DNA from: an uncultured virus (IMG/VR IMGVR_UViG_3300013497_000039)
Taxonomy: Duplodnaviria; Heunggongvirae; Uroviricota; Caudoviricetes
Direction: 5' to 3' (one strand)
Length of the DNA: 64,000 bases
IMG/VR virus record: IMGVR_UViG_3300013497_000039
Coordinates: 1 to 64,000 of that record
Shown here: positions 8,810 through 18,433 of the stretch, in pieces
Layout of the letters: each line of letters opens with the position of its first letter
Position numbering within the stretch: position 1 is the stretch's first letter
The notes under the pieces: model-generated
Told to the model about the DNA's origin: nothing
The model's input: the letters and a program-made list of their open reading frames with translations, nothing else
Databases searched by the model: none
Program-made: the position numbers and the translations under genes

Positions 8810-9040
8810 AACAGGGGGTGGGGGTGGGGATAAAATCGGGTAAATTATTTATAATACTGATTAGACGATTTAGATTGTATATATCCCGGTCTACTCCCTC
8901 TAATATTAAATAATTATTATTTATATGAATATATCTCCACCTCTCCACCTAATAGCCGTGTAACCCTTGATTTTACTGGATTTCACAAGGTGGGGATATT
9001 CGGAAACCAACGTCACCTATTCCCCACCTCTCCACCTCCG
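8810..9040. other. Putative replication origin of the satellite
   Basis: CTCCACCT/CCCCACC repeats in both orientations flanking an AT-rich tract, at the 3' end of the primase-helicase gene. Confidence 0.6.
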
Positions 9041-11364
9041 AATATAAAATCAGAGGAGAACTTCACTTTACTTGGGGTGGAGTATGTGGTTATGCCGTGG
9101 CTTATTCTCATAGGGTAATCTTCACTGTCTTTTTCATACCCGATACGCTTTAAAGCCCGTCCCACCTTAACCGCTGACAGCCCTTTCCCGGCTCCCATCA
9201 ACTCACACAGGGCTGTAGCCGTGAACTCCTTCCACTGATCCCTCGGCTGTTCCCAGTCCAACTTTTCCATGAGTAATCTTTCTTCATCACTGACGATCTG
9301 GTACTGCTTATTTGAATTCCGCAGCATTTCCCTTTCAGCAGAAGTAAGCCGGAAACTCTTCTGACCTAACAGCTTATAAAGCTCCATTGCTTCGGCCCAT
9401 ACCGCTTCAAAATTTATCTGATCCAATGCTGCAAGGTCTATATCCTCAACATCAATCACCCAAAACCGCCGTTCCCCGATCTCTTTTAAAAATGTATCAC
9501 TGTTGGTCGTTGCTCCAAAGGACGTAAGCCGGGGGTGAACCTCTGCTTTCTTGGCATAAGGAGAACGGAACTTATCAGAGGAACTTGTAATAAATGCTTT
9601 CATGGATTCTAAATCCTTTAAACTCCTGGGAAGCTCTCCCAGCTCTGCAATCCAGTTTTGTGTTGATTCCATGAGCTTGTCCTTGCTTCCATCAAGTTCT
9701 GCCCCTTCTCCAAAATAGTCCAGACCAATCACACAGCATTTTCTGAAAAAGGAAGTTTTTCCGATTCCGTGAGGTCCTTTTAAAACCAGAATCCCATCAG
9801 CTCCGTATAGTCCTTTCTCATTATAGGCCATGGCCACACACTGGCAGAGCCACTTTCTTAAAAGCATTCTATAAAAGGCTTCATCACCATTGATTTTCAG
9901 ACAGGCAAAAAGGTTATCTATCCCTTTCACTCCCCCGTAAATTATAAAGTTGCATTCCAAATAATTACGGGCAGTGTTCCTCTTATGATCATCAGCAATT
10001 TTTGTCACCCACTCATGAACCTTTGATGTGCTTGTCCTAAGACCATCACGAACAAGCTGATCTGTGCAATAGGTCAATAGGTTACCATAACTGTTCGGAC
10101 CATCATTAAACTGGCTTTCTATGGTCTTATCCTGGCTTTTTACTTTCACCGACCGCAAGATCATATCATAGGAAATATCTAAGCCCTCATTTTTGAGCAG
10201 TGTTTCCAAATTTCTTGTTGTAGGAAGAATGGTTACACTTCCGTTTGCACCTACCTTAATATCTGGGTAAGGTTCTTTCCCGGCTTCCTCCATGGGCTTA
10301 GAAAAACACGCCACGTCAGTCTCGAACTTCTCTTGTTTCACTGCTTCGTCCTGCATGGCAAACTCGCCCATGGACTTATAGCTTGGAAGTCTATTTACTG
10401 GAGTTCCCTCTGCCACTTCTTCGTCCAGATGTCCAAACTTATGAATCCTTACCAAATCAAACGAATTGCAGAGCTTATCACCTGCCGGATCAGTGGAATG
10501 ATGGCTATACAGGAATTGTCCATCATCATAAAGAACCGCACCTGCAGCCATGCTTCCGGTAGTATAGGTATACCTTCCGTTCCCGCAATCCTCATAGATA
10601 TCTGATAAAAACTTCCCTATTGCTCCCGGCACATCATACACTCGGCAGAACGCCCCTATAACTCCGGGCTTTTCCCTGGGATCTTCCTGTTTTTTAAGTC
10701 CCTGGTGGATCTGTTTTTGTACTCCTGGTACCTCTGGCCATTCAGCTACATTTGTCCAGTCTCCATACCTGGATAGAATACCGTCAGCACTTAAGAAGGG
10801 ATTGTCCCTATAATCAAAGATCCATTCCCCATCAGAGCACTTACTTGGCCAGTACATGAAACGGACGCTCTGAAAGGTAGTCCCATCAAAAATATGTATA
10901 CCTAATATTTCAGCCATCTTTCTGGCTATTGGCTCGTATTCATCAGCAGAAACAATCCTGTCCAAAGGAAGAACGATTCTAAGCCTTGGGGCTGCCCCCT
11001 CATGCTTCCTGGTGGAATAAATGACATAGGCGCAGCCTAGCGCAGAAACCCTCTTTAAAATGTCCTCTGCCCCTCCTGGTGGAATGCTATCAGCGTCCAG
11101 GGTAACAAGGCACCGATCCAACACATAACAGTTCTTACGCCTGTTATCCTTTAGAGTACCTCCCACATAGCCACCCACGTCCTTTAAATCGTCCTGCTGG
11201 GCTTTCTTCATACTTTTGTATTCCTGTATCGTTTCCGTAGAAACTGCTGGCTGTGAAACCCTTGTGATAAAGTCTGACCACATCATTTTCTGCGGTTTCC
11301 ATACTGTAGCCTTACGATTACCGGCTACGGATATAATAATCTGTTTATTGTGGTTTAACACCAT
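9013..11364 (-). CDS. Primase-helicase (N-terminal AEP-like primase + VirE/VapE SF3 helicase)
   Basis: LDAD and YSTRKH primase motifs; Walker A GPHGIGKT; FRSPY...HPR...GATTN VirE motif. Confidence 0.88.
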   Translation of the reverse strand: MVLNHNKQIIISVAGNRKATVWKPQKMMWSDFITRVSQPAVSTETIQEYKSMKKAQQDDLKDVGGYVGGTLKDNRRKNCYVLDRCLVTLDADSIPPGGAEDILKRVSALGCAYVIYSTRKHEGAAPRLRIVLPLDRIVSADEYEPIARKMAEILGIHIFDGTTFQSVRFMYWPSKCSDGEWIFDYRDNPFLSADGILSRYGDWTNVAEWPEVPGVQKQIHQGLKKQEDPREKPGVIGAFCRVYDVPGAIGKFLSDIYEDCGNGRYTYTTGSMAAGAVLYDDGQFLYSHHSTDPAGDKLCNSFDLVRIHKFGHLDEEVAEGTPVNRLPSYKSMGEFAMQDEAVKQEKFETDVACFSKPMEEAGKEPYPDIKVGANGSVTILPTTRNLETLLKNEGLDISYDMILRSVKVKSQDKTIESQFNDGPNSYGNLLTYCTDQLVRDGLRTSTSKVHEWVTKIADDHKRNTARNYLECNFIIYGGVKGIDNLFACLKINGDEAFYRMLLRKWLCQCVAMAYNEKGLYGADGILVLKGPHGIGKTSFFRKCCVIGLDYFGEGAELDGSKDKLMESTQNWIAELGELPRSLKDLESMKAFITSSSDKFRSPYAKKAEVHPRLTSFGATTNSDTFLKEIGERRFWVIDVEDIDLAALDQINFEAVWAEAMELYKLLGQKSFRLTSAEREMLRNSNKQYQIVSDEERLLMEKLDWEQPRDQWKEFTATALCELMGAGKGLSAVKVGRALKRIGYEKDSEDYPMRISHGITTYSTPSKVKFSSDFIFGGGEVGNR

Positions 11365-11555
11365 TAAATCACTACCTCCTGCTCCTCTAATCCCACTCTT
11401 TCAAAGAAATACTTCCGGGGAACTCTCCCGGCCCTGATTATGAATCCCTTGGCCTTAAGCTCTCCATTCATTTCTTGAATCAACTTATACCCGTGACGTT
11501 CTGAACAATCCATAATACTTGCTACCTCTGCAGCGGTAATCATTAATTTACTCAA
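11364..11555 (-). CDS. Excisionase-like HTH protein (ICEBs1 Xis-like)
   Basis: AAEVASIMDCSERHGYKLIQEMNGELKAKGF...AGRVPRKYF. Confidence 0.8.
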   Translation of the reverse strand: MSKLMITAAEVASIMDCSERHGYKLIQEMNGELKAKGFIIRAGRVPRKYFFERVGLEEQEVVI

Positions 11556-11737
11556 TGTGCTATCTCCTTTCTTCTGATATGCTCTGCGTCAATCTCTTTA
11601 CGCAGTTTAACAAGCTCCTGATCAATGTTATTCAGTTCCGGCCCATATTCTGGCCGCCAACTCATACCTGAATGCTCTATGGGGAACATTCTACGATCTA
11701 CCAATGCTAAATATCTTGTCACATCCGTTGCTGTCAT
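11552..11737 (-). CDS. Hypothetical protein
   Basis: RBS AAGGAG before ATG 11737. Confidence 0.55.
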   Translation of the reverse strand: MTATDVTRYLALVDRRMFPIEHSGMSWRPEYGPELNNIDQELVKLRKEIDAEHIRRKEIAH

Positions 11738-11757
11738 AATGGAGCTCCTTTCTGCAA

Positions 11758-12149
11758 TTCCGCACGAATGCGGAAAACACCTTACTTTACGACTTCCGTG
11801 TTGAAAACCTCTCCATTCTTCATATAGGACGAATGGAAAATGTCTGCGTCTCATGCAGACGTATGGGCCAGAGCCATACCTTTTCCCCAGAATGTGGGGG
11901 AAGCCCAGGACGAATGTCCTTTTTGATATGAAAGGATATTTACTTCACATATACCCTCATAGATTTTGCATTAATACCGTCCAAAACGGACGACATGAAG
12001 GGGGCTCCGTTTTGCAGTACCCTTTTAGTTGTGATGTTACAACTTCTTACGGCTGACCAGAACGATCAATCGAGCCAGAGACGAATGTCCTTGGTTGATA
12101 TGGTGTATTGCCAAAAGTGGCAACGCCATTTAGTTGTGACATTACAACT
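11758..12149. repeat. Second non-coding array of short palindromes, in the early transcript
   Basis: At least nine perfect 5-7 bp stems with 4-7 nt loops; AGTTGT-N6-ACAACT occurs twice. Confidence 0.75.
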
Positions 12150-12150
12150 T

Positions 12151-12360
12151 TTACTCTTCTACCTGTAAAACATCTCTAACTGATAAATCCAGAGCCTTAC
12201 AGATATTACCTAAAACCTTTGTAGTTCCCCTTCGCTTTCCATTAAGTACATTACTTACTGCGGTAGGGGTAACTCCTGCTTCTCTGGCTAAATCCGCACC
12301 GTTAAAGCCCTTTTCTGCCATAGCGATGTATACCTGTTTGGTATCAACCAGTAATTTCAT
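12151..12360 (-). CDS. Cro-like XRE HTH regulator
   Basis: ADLAREAGVTPTAVSNVLNG HTH; divergent from the repressor. Confidence 0.85.
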   Translation of the reverse strand: MKLLVDTKQVYIAMAEKGFNGADLAREAGVTPTAVSNVLNGKRRGTTKVLGNICKALDLSVRDVLQVEE

Positions 12361-12382
12361 TGTCTCACCTCCATTATTGATA

Positions 12383-12475
12383 CGTAATTTAATTACGCTT
12401 ACGTGTCAATAATACACAATATGATTATTGTTGTCAAGAAAAAACTTGAATTAAATTACGTATTATGTTATTGTT
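12383..12475. promoter_or_regulatory. Divergent promoters and operator between Cro and repressor
   Basis: Minus TTGACA-N17-TATTAT; plus TTGAAT-N17-TATTGT; palindrome CGTAATT-T-AATTACG (12383-12397) and a related site at 12446-12460. Confidence 0.7.
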
Positions 12476-12507
12476 ATCATAATGAAATTATTGAAGGAGG
12501 GAACAAC

Positions 12508-12954
12508 ATGGATTATAAAGAAATCGGAAAAAATATTAGTACTTACAGAAAAGCAAAAAAAAAGACTCAAAAAGATTTGGCTGCATTAATTGATAGGGCC
12601 GAAAGTTCCATTCAAAAATATGAGCGGGGAGAAGTAGAAATTCCTATGAGTGTTCTTCAAAACATAGCCGCCAAACTTGAAATTCCTATTCACTATCTTG
12701 TTGACTGGGATGGGCAAAAAGTTACTAATACTGCCATTGCTGGTATAAATAAACCACTATCTGAAGTTCTTGAATTAATAGGATACCGACTTATTTATCA
12801 TACTGCTGATTCTTCAACTAACAGTATAATTATTGTGGATAATAAGGAATCTTCAATCACTGTTACCATGGATGAATTTACAGAACTTGAAAAATCCACA
12901 GAATCCTATTTAAATTTCAAGTTACACGAACTCTTTGAAAAGCACAATAAATAA
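12508..12954 (+). CDS. XRE-family repressor (Stl/ImmR-like)
   Basis: TQKDLAALIDRAESSIQKYERG HTH; RBS GGAGG. Confidence 0.85.
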   Translation: MDYKEIGKNISTYRKAKKKTQKDLAALIDRAESSIQKYERGEVEIPMSVLQNIAAKLEIPIHYLVDWDGQKVTNTAIAGINKPLSEVLELIGYRLIYHTADSSTNSIIIVDNKESSITVTMDEFTELEKSTESYLNFKLHELFEKHNK

Positions 12955-13123
12955 AGACAGTTTTCGTTACAAAAAAAAGCCCCAAGAGCTGCGAACTCCT
13001 AGAGCTTTTAATATAATCACGATACCTATAGGAACCGGATTACCACTTCACCATTATTATACCCGGTTTCCTTTATTTCGTGAACCCTAAACACACGTTC
13101 ACTTAGAGAAAGGAATGATATAA

Positions 13124-14194
13124 ATGCCCGTTCACTATGAAGAAAAAACAAAGACATGGTATGTAAAATGCTATTATGTCGACTATACAGGAACCAAACG
13201 TCAACGGAAGAAACGTGGCTTCAAGCTTCAAAGGGAAGCAAAGGAATGGGAACGCAATTTCCTTGAAACACAGCAAGCCGATCTTACAATGACCTTTGAA
13301 AACTTCGTCAGAATATATAATGAGGATATGAAGCACCGATTACGGGAACACACCTACGTTCAAAAGCAATATGTCATTGACAAGAAGCTGCTCCCCTTCT
13401 TTGGCAAGCTGCCTGTCTCCCAGATCACCCCGGCCAACGTCCGGAAATGGCAAAATGAGCTTATGGCCTACCGGGACGATAATGGCAAGGCATATTCTGA
13501 AACCTATTTAAGAACAATCAATAACCAACTGACTGCAATCATGAATTATGCGGTTCGCTATTACAACTTAAAAGAAAATCCCTGCAGAAAAGCCGGAAGC
13601 ATAGGCAAAGGCCATGCAGAAGAAATGCAGTTCTGGACAACGGAAGAATTTAAAAAGTTCCTGGAAAAAATCACAGACAAGCCACAGGCAAGAGCCGGTT
13701 TCCTCACCCTTTACTATACCGGGTTGAGGATCGGTGAACTTCTCGCCCTGGAATATGGTGACATAGACTTTGAGGACTGCAAGCTCTCCGTCAATAAGTC
13801 ATATCAACGGATCGGTGACAGGGACGTGATAACGCCACCCAAAACGCCCAGGAGCGTCCGCATTATATCTATACCGAAATTCCTCCGTAATGAATTAAAA
13901 GACTACACAAGCAGGCTGTACAAGCTCCATAAGCATGACCGGATATTCCCATATACCAAACATTTTTTTGAGCATGAAATGCGCCGGGGAACCAAAGACG
14001 GGGAAGTGAAGCGCATCCGCCTGCACGATCTTAGACATAGCCATGCAAGCCTATTGATAGAGTTAGGATTCTCCCCTCTGGCCATAGCTGATCGCCTGGG
14101 TCATGAGAAAGTAGAAACCACCTTAAACACTTATTCCCACCTGTTTCCACACAAGCGTGATGAGGTGGCCGAAAAGCTCCAGGATTGTTTCTAG
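13124..14194 (+). CDS. int: Tyrosine integrase with N-terminal arm-binding domain
   Basis: TGLRIGE, KT, HDLRHSHAS, RLGH, TY catalytic residues. Confidence 0.95.
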   Translation: MPVHYEEKTKTWYVKCYYVDYTGTKRQRKKRGFKLQREAKEWERNFLETQQADLTMTFENFVRIYNEDMKHRLREHTYVQKQYVIDKKLLPFFGKLPVSQITPANVRKWQNELMAYRDDNGKAYSETYLRTINNQLTAIMNYAVRYYNLKENPCRKAGSIGKGHAEEMQFWTTEEFKKFLEKITDKPQARAGFLTLYYTGLRIGELLALEYGDIDFEDCKLSVNKSYQRIGDRDVITPPKTPRSVRIISIPKFLRNELKDYTSRLYKLHKHDRIFPYTKHFFEHEMRRGTKDGEVKRIRLHDLRHSHASLLIELGFSPLAIADRLGHEKVETTLNTYSHLFPHKRDEVAEKLQDCF

Positions 14195-14211
14195 TTCCAT
14201 TCTAGTTCCAT
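14192..14211 (+). repeat. Integrase arm-type sites TAGTTCCAT x2
   Basis: Matches 203-222. Confidence 0.75.
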
Positions 14212-14215
14212 TGCA

Positions 14216-14263
14216 AAAAGAAAAGAGCCCACAAATCCTTATTTTACAAGGCTTTGCGGGCTC
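14216..14263 (-). terminator. Element-supplied intrinsic terminator downstream of the att core
   Basis: GAGCCCACAAATCCTT/AAGGCTTTGCGGGCTC stem with T-rich tail on the minus strand. Confidence 0.65.
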
Positions 14264-14270
14264 AAAATTT

Positions 14271-14282
14271 TTATTCAAACTC
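14271..14282. repeat. att core, right copy; junction between satellite and prophage
   Basis: Identical to 90-101; flanked by a degenerate AAACCACC...GAGTTTGAATAA (KPP...EFE*) on the minus strand. Confidence 0.8.
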
Positions 14283-14450
14283 GAGGTCTGTCGGGTGGTT
14301 TTCTGTTATAACTAAGAAAAAACGATACAATTATAGTTCCAATAAAATAATTATTATCTATATTATTTTTATTTACACAATGTTTTAGCATCACAATAAC
14401 ATCACGCTTTGTAAAATTGCAATGTAATATTTTCTTCTTCGAAACAACGT

Positions 14451-15089
14451 TTAATTCAAATAATCAAATACAGAGTATGTTTCTCCATAATTATAATTTT
14501 GGGTAATATCGATTGTCAAATTCGGTATCTTTTCATTAAACAATCGAAAATCAGGTATATCTAATGCCCCTAAGGTAATTGTTTTATAATTGTTTTTAGA
14601 ATTTTCTCTGTAATTACTCCTTAAAGAACAGAGTAACCGCCCCAAAACATTTGAGCCAACTAAAATTGAATTATCCTTATATGCTCCCCAAAAATCATCC
14701 TTGGTAGATATTTCAACTATCATTTTATCTTCAGTAGAATCCAATAATAAACCAAATTTTTTCCAATTATAAAGCAACTTTAAATGCAGACTCCAATTCA
14801 TAATTTTAATTCGATTATCTGTCCAATCTTTTCTGACTAAATTTGAATTTTTCTGAGCAATACGTTTAGCCGTAATTGGACTTCTTTCTCGAATAATTGC
14901 CTTTTGAATGTTAGGATGATCAGGAAATTTACATGCTTGATATAGCGCTTCCGAAGTTAAAATTTGAGTATCCGAATAAAAAATCTTATATCCTGGCGCC
15001 ATATTCGATAATCCACCATACTTTTCATTGGTTTTCCAAAATGTAATACATTCTTCTAAATTGTAAGTGGATTTTTTATAATTTACCAT
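14451..15089 (-). CDS. NADAR family protein (YbiA-like N-glycosidase/ADP-ribosylhydrolase)
   Basis: LSN, TSEALYQACKF, SPITAKRI, DW, IVE...DDFWG, GSNVLGRLL motifs. Confidence 0.9.
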   Translation of the reverse strand: MVNYKKSTYNLEECITFWKTNEKYGGLSNMAPGYKIFYSDTQILTSEALYQACKFPDHPNIQKAIIRERSPITAKRIAQKNSNLVRKDWTDNRIKIMNWSLHLKLLYNWKKFGLLLDSTEDKMIVEISTKDDFWGAYKDNSILVGSNVLGRLLCSLRSNYRENSKNNYKTITLGALDIPDFRLFNEKIPNLTIDITQNYNYGETYSVFDYLN

Positions 15090-16144
15090 ATAAGATCATC
15101 TCCTGTTATATTCCCTCTTCTAGGAAATAAAGGGTACCATTTTGAAAAAGGATGCCATATGTTTGCCTCTGAATCTCCCCACCATAATGCTAACGGACAA
15201 TTATTGGATATATTCATAAACGTAACAAAAAAAGCACCGAAACCTATAGATGTTAAATTATCATACCCCATCGGGCGCATTGAAATATTTGATTTACTTG
15301 GTACTGTCATTATATATGACCCCGCCCTCATAAATTCACGTTCTAATATAGTTCTATTAAAATCATTAGAAAATATATGTGAGTTGCACAATATATTTCT
15401 ATATGTCCGAATGTTAGAATATCCTTTTCCCTGCGCTTCATTATTCATTAACTCTATATATGTTTTACAATTATCATCATCTACCTCTTGAGGCCAAAAA
15501 CAGTCATAATACAATTCCCCATACCTATTTTGAGTGAAATTATTAAATTCATATCTTCGCCAAAAGTGTACGTTAATATTTCGAGTAGCACATATTTCTT
15601 GAATCTTTTTTTTAGAATACCAATACCCAAAAGTATACATACACAGAAATACGATATGTAAATCCGTATTTGGATTAGCATATGCTATCCATCTTTCTAT
15701 ATCATGACGTATCGTACTACCAGAATATAATCCATCATCAACATATATATACTGCTTTATATTTGCTGAATTATTCAAATTAATATCCCTTGCATATAGC
15801 TCTAATGATTTTTGATTAAGTAATGTTAACAAACGCTGTTGACTGCTACCTTTATTTTGGACATTTAAAAACTGTATTAAACTCATTTCACTTCGTGGAT
15901 CATCAGTAAATATATCTTTAAGATTTAATATTTGACTAATATATTCATTTATATCCGACTCGGCCATATAGTAATTCGTTATCAAGTGTAATGTTTCTTG
16001 TAAAATAGGTTTTCTAGCGACTTCATCGAATTGGTTAATCCATCTATCAACGTGCTTATCATCTAATTCAAATGATAACTCACCTTTTCGATAATCCTTT
16101 ATCTTCTCTGCAATTTGTATTTCTAAGCTTTCCAACTCATCCAT
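15083..16144 (-). CDS. Phosphoribosyltransferase-like protein
   Basis: PRPP-binding-like motif YIYVDDGLYSGST; C-terminal PMGY...NNCPLALW...WYPLFPR. Confidence 0.75.
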   Translation of the reverse strand: MDELESLEIQIAEKIKDYRKGELSFELDDKHVDRWINQFDEVARKPILQETLHLITNYYMAESDINEYISQILNLKDIFTDDPRSEMSLIQFLNVQNKGSSQQRLLTLLNQKSLELYARDINLNNSANIKQYIYVDDGLYSGSTIRHDIERWIAYANPNTDLHIVFLCMYTFGYWYSKKKIQEICATRNINVHFWRRYEFNNFTQNRYGELYYDCFWPQEVDDDNCKTYIELMNNEAQGKGYSNIRTYRNILCNSHIFSNDFNRTILEREFMRAGSYIMTVPSKSNISMRPMGYDNLTSIGFGAFFVTFMNISNNCPLALWWGDSEANIWHPFSKWYPLFPRRGNITGDDLIW

Positions 16145-16381
16145 CTTCTGTGTCCCCCTAAGTAATATTATATACAAAAACCCTAACTATATTATTTTAT
16201 GTTAATAATATTAAGTCCCTTTTATATAGTTATATTACAGGCTATTGTACCATAATACCATAAATTAGGAAACATATATTTAAGGAGAACACTTTCAAGT
16301 AATTCAGTTATGCATTTAATACCGTAAAATAGTAATGTACATTTATTTTCCAGCACAAATTAGTTTCATATATGGTAATAT

Positions 16382-16409
16382 AAAAAAGGCGTTCATGTGA
16401 ACGCCTTTT
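16382..16409. terminator. Bidirectional intrinsic terminator
   Basis: AAAAGGCGTTCA-tg-TGAACGCCTTTT. Confidence 0.75.
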
Positions 16410-16434
16410 CATGTTGATAGGCACCGTTGCAGCG

Positions 16435-16692
16435 TTACCTATCTTCTGACTTATGGTTACCTGTTCGAGTATGTATAATTTTAGGCTCTTGGTTTGGCAC
16501 CCGTACAATTAATTCACCGAGTTCACAGTCAAGAGCTTCGCAAATCAGGTCAAGATGTTCGAAGCTTACTCTCTCTGCAATCTCATGGTACAGCTCATTA
16601 ATTGTACTTGGGCGAATGCCTGTCATTCTCGCCAGGTCAGCCTGGGTCAGCTTTTGATCGCCTAAGCGTGAAGAAAGTAAAACTTTAATCAT
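16435..16692 (-). CDS. XRE-family HTH regulator (YozG/HTH_26-like)
   Basis: TQADLARMTGIRPSTINELY...LDLICEALDCELGELI. Confidence 0.88.
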   Translation of the reverse strand: MIKVLLSSRLGDQKLTQADLARMTGIRPSTINELYHEIAERVSFEHLDLICEALDCELGELIVRVPNQEPKIIHTRTGNHKSEDR

Positions 16693-16705
16693 ACGTCAAT
16701 TGCTC

Positions 16706-16788
16706 CTTCCGTTATAATCTACTACATTCTGTCTAAAAAGAATGCAAACTGTTAGATTATAACGTATCCTGTTAGATTATAACGGAAG
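16706..16788. promoter_or_regulatory. Operator cluster upstream of the XRE gene
   Basis: CTGTTAGATTATAACG at 16749-16764 and 16769-16784; 16706-16721 is a perfect inverted copy of 16773-16788. Confidence 0.75.
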
Positions 16789-16805
16789 CCTAAATACGAT
16801 ACCTT

Positions 16806-17840
16806 TTACTTTACATCCGAAGCATTTACCCAGCCGCAAACATCAGATCCGCCACCCTTTTCAGCCTTTAAGTGATACGGATGAGCAGCGTCCAGATTAA
16901 CAGCAGTCACTTTAGCCTTACCGGGCTTGCACGTTTTTCCTTTCGCAGATTTATAGGAACTTGTAAAATGAGTATTTCCGGTAAACCGAAGAACCGTACC
17001 AACTGCAATGTTAGGGGAAGGTGCGGCAACTGCCCCAACCTTAACAATATAGTCCGAATGCACAAATCCATAAACTTTACCATCAATACGGACAAAATAC
17101 CATGTGTCTCCATTTTTAGCATTTACGCTGTCGCATACATCTACAAGATTCCCCTTTGAAAGCTTCGGCCAGCTCTTTACATTAGAATACTCTGTACCGG
17201 CCCAGGTTCGTACATTCAAAACGTCAGCCTCAACCTTCCCGGTCCACTTGGGTGTTTTATTAATTAACCCACCGGAACTTTCTGTGTCAGTATTACCTCC
17301 CGCTGATGGTGTGCTGCTGGCTTCATCGTCAAATTTCGGTGCTGCATATCCCCGGATATATCCCCAGCCTACCGGTATGGAACGATAGCCTACAGCCTCT
17401 CCTTTATTTCCTTCAATACAGGTAATGACTCCATTCTTTACCGATTCTACAACACCAATATGATCTGAATAGCCGTAATTGGGCTGAGTATTATCATCCC
17501 AGTTATAAACAATTATGTATCCCGGTTTCGGCGTGATGGCTCCATCCTCAATCCAAATACCAAGCCTTTTAAAAATCTTTACATGCTCTTCGCAACCGCA
17601 TTCAGTTCCGATCAGGTCGACCACTCCGGCCTTAATCGCAGCCGCTGAAACTGTGGTATCACACCACTCATCACGGTACTGTACCGCATACCCTCTTGCA
17701 AGAGGCTTATGATCATTGTAAATATCAATAATCTTTTTATGTTTCCCGTTGGCTTCGCTGTATCCAATCCAGCCTTGCCATACGCTCAAATAATCCTGTG
17801 CTGTTCTTCCCATTTGGTTTCTCCTATTGATTCTCTTCAT
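16806..17840 (-). CDS. Endolysin (CHAP domain + SH3b-type cell-wall binding domain)
   Basis: EWCDTTVS...DHIGVV...IEGN catalytic Cys/His; LNVR...WY SH3b. Confidence 0.9.
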   Translation of the reverse strand: MKRINRRNQMGRTAQDYLSVWQGWIGYSEANGKHKKIIDIYNDHKPLARGYAVQYRDEWCDTTVSAAAIKAGVVDLIGTECGCEEHVKIFKRLGIWIEDGAITPKPGYIIVYNWDDNTQPNYGYSDHIGVVESVKNGVITCIEGNKGEAVGYRSIPVGWGYIRGYAAPKFDDEASSTPSAGGNTDTESSGGLINKTPKWTGKVEADVLNVRTWAGTEYSNVKSWPKLSKGNLVDVCDSVNAKNGDTWYFVRIDGKVYGFVHSDYIVKVGAVAAPSPNIAVGTVLRFTGNTHFTSSYKSAKGKTCKPGKAKVTAVNLDAAHPYHLKAEKGGGSDVCGWVNASDVK

Positions 17841-18066
17841 CTTCTACAGTTACTTCTGTCTCAATACTTCCGCTGTTGGCAGAATCCGTCAGTCCTTCTC
17901 CGATGATGTAGGCAACGACAGAAGCACCGGCCATAATTAATGCTGTTACCTGAGTAGCAGTGTTCTCTGCTCCTCCAGTGGCTACAACCATCATAGATAC
18001 AAAAGAAGCTACTGCTGTCCATAGCTTCCGGCTTGTTAATTTTCTCTTCCAATTAATGTTTTTCAT
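17824..18066 (-). CDS. Holin
   Basis: KLTSRKLW...AYIIGEGLTD, two TM segments, adjacent to the lysin. Confidence 0.85.
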   Translation of the reverse strand: MKNINWKRKLTSRKLWTAVASFVSMMVVATGGAENTATQVTALIMAGASVVAYIIGEGLTDSANSGSIETEVTVEDEENQ

Positions 18067-18086
18067 AATATTACCTTTTCCCTTTC

Positions 18087-18407
18087 TTAATAAAGATTCT
18101 TAACTACCTGTTCCGCAAGAAAATCCTTTTGCTCATGTTTTATTTCTCTGGCATACTGGAGCGCTGCTTCTGTTTCGCCATTACAGTGTCCGTTTTTTAG
18201 AGCCGTAGCTGTAGCCTCTCCCAACGCTATGGCAGCTCCCACGCTCTTAATAATCAAAACCTCATTCTTTTCTCTTGCCTTTTCCTTCTCAGCGAGCTTT
18301 TTTTCTCTGTTTTCCATTCTGTTCTCAAGGAGCCAAAAACAAAATCCTGTGATCGCACTTGGAATACTTGCAGCCACCAAAATTGTTGTAATATCCAGAT
18401 AATTCAC
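18087..18407 (-). CDS. Holin-like / lysis-associated membrane protein
   Basis: N-terminal TM helix, coiled coil, NGHCNG motif. Confidence 0.65.
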   Translation of the reverse strand: MNYLDITTILVAASIPSAITGFCFWLLENRMENREKKLAEKEKAREKNEVLIIKSVGAAIALGEATATALKNGHCNGETEAALQYAREIKHEQKDFLAEQVVKNLY

Positions 18408-18433
18408 CTCCTTTTATCAATAAAAAAAGAGCC

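Larger units (their letters stand above)
90..14282. mobile_element. Integrated phage satellite / PICI-like element (~14.2 kb)
   Basis: 12-bp direct repeat at both ends, arm-type repeats, integrase, repressor/Cro pair, Xis, primase-VirE; no portal, tail or large terminase genes. Confidence 0.8.

Noticed and set aside
11758..12149. CRISPR or mini-CRISPR interpretation of the arrays
   Set aside because: No constant repeat with regular spacers and no cas genes in the window
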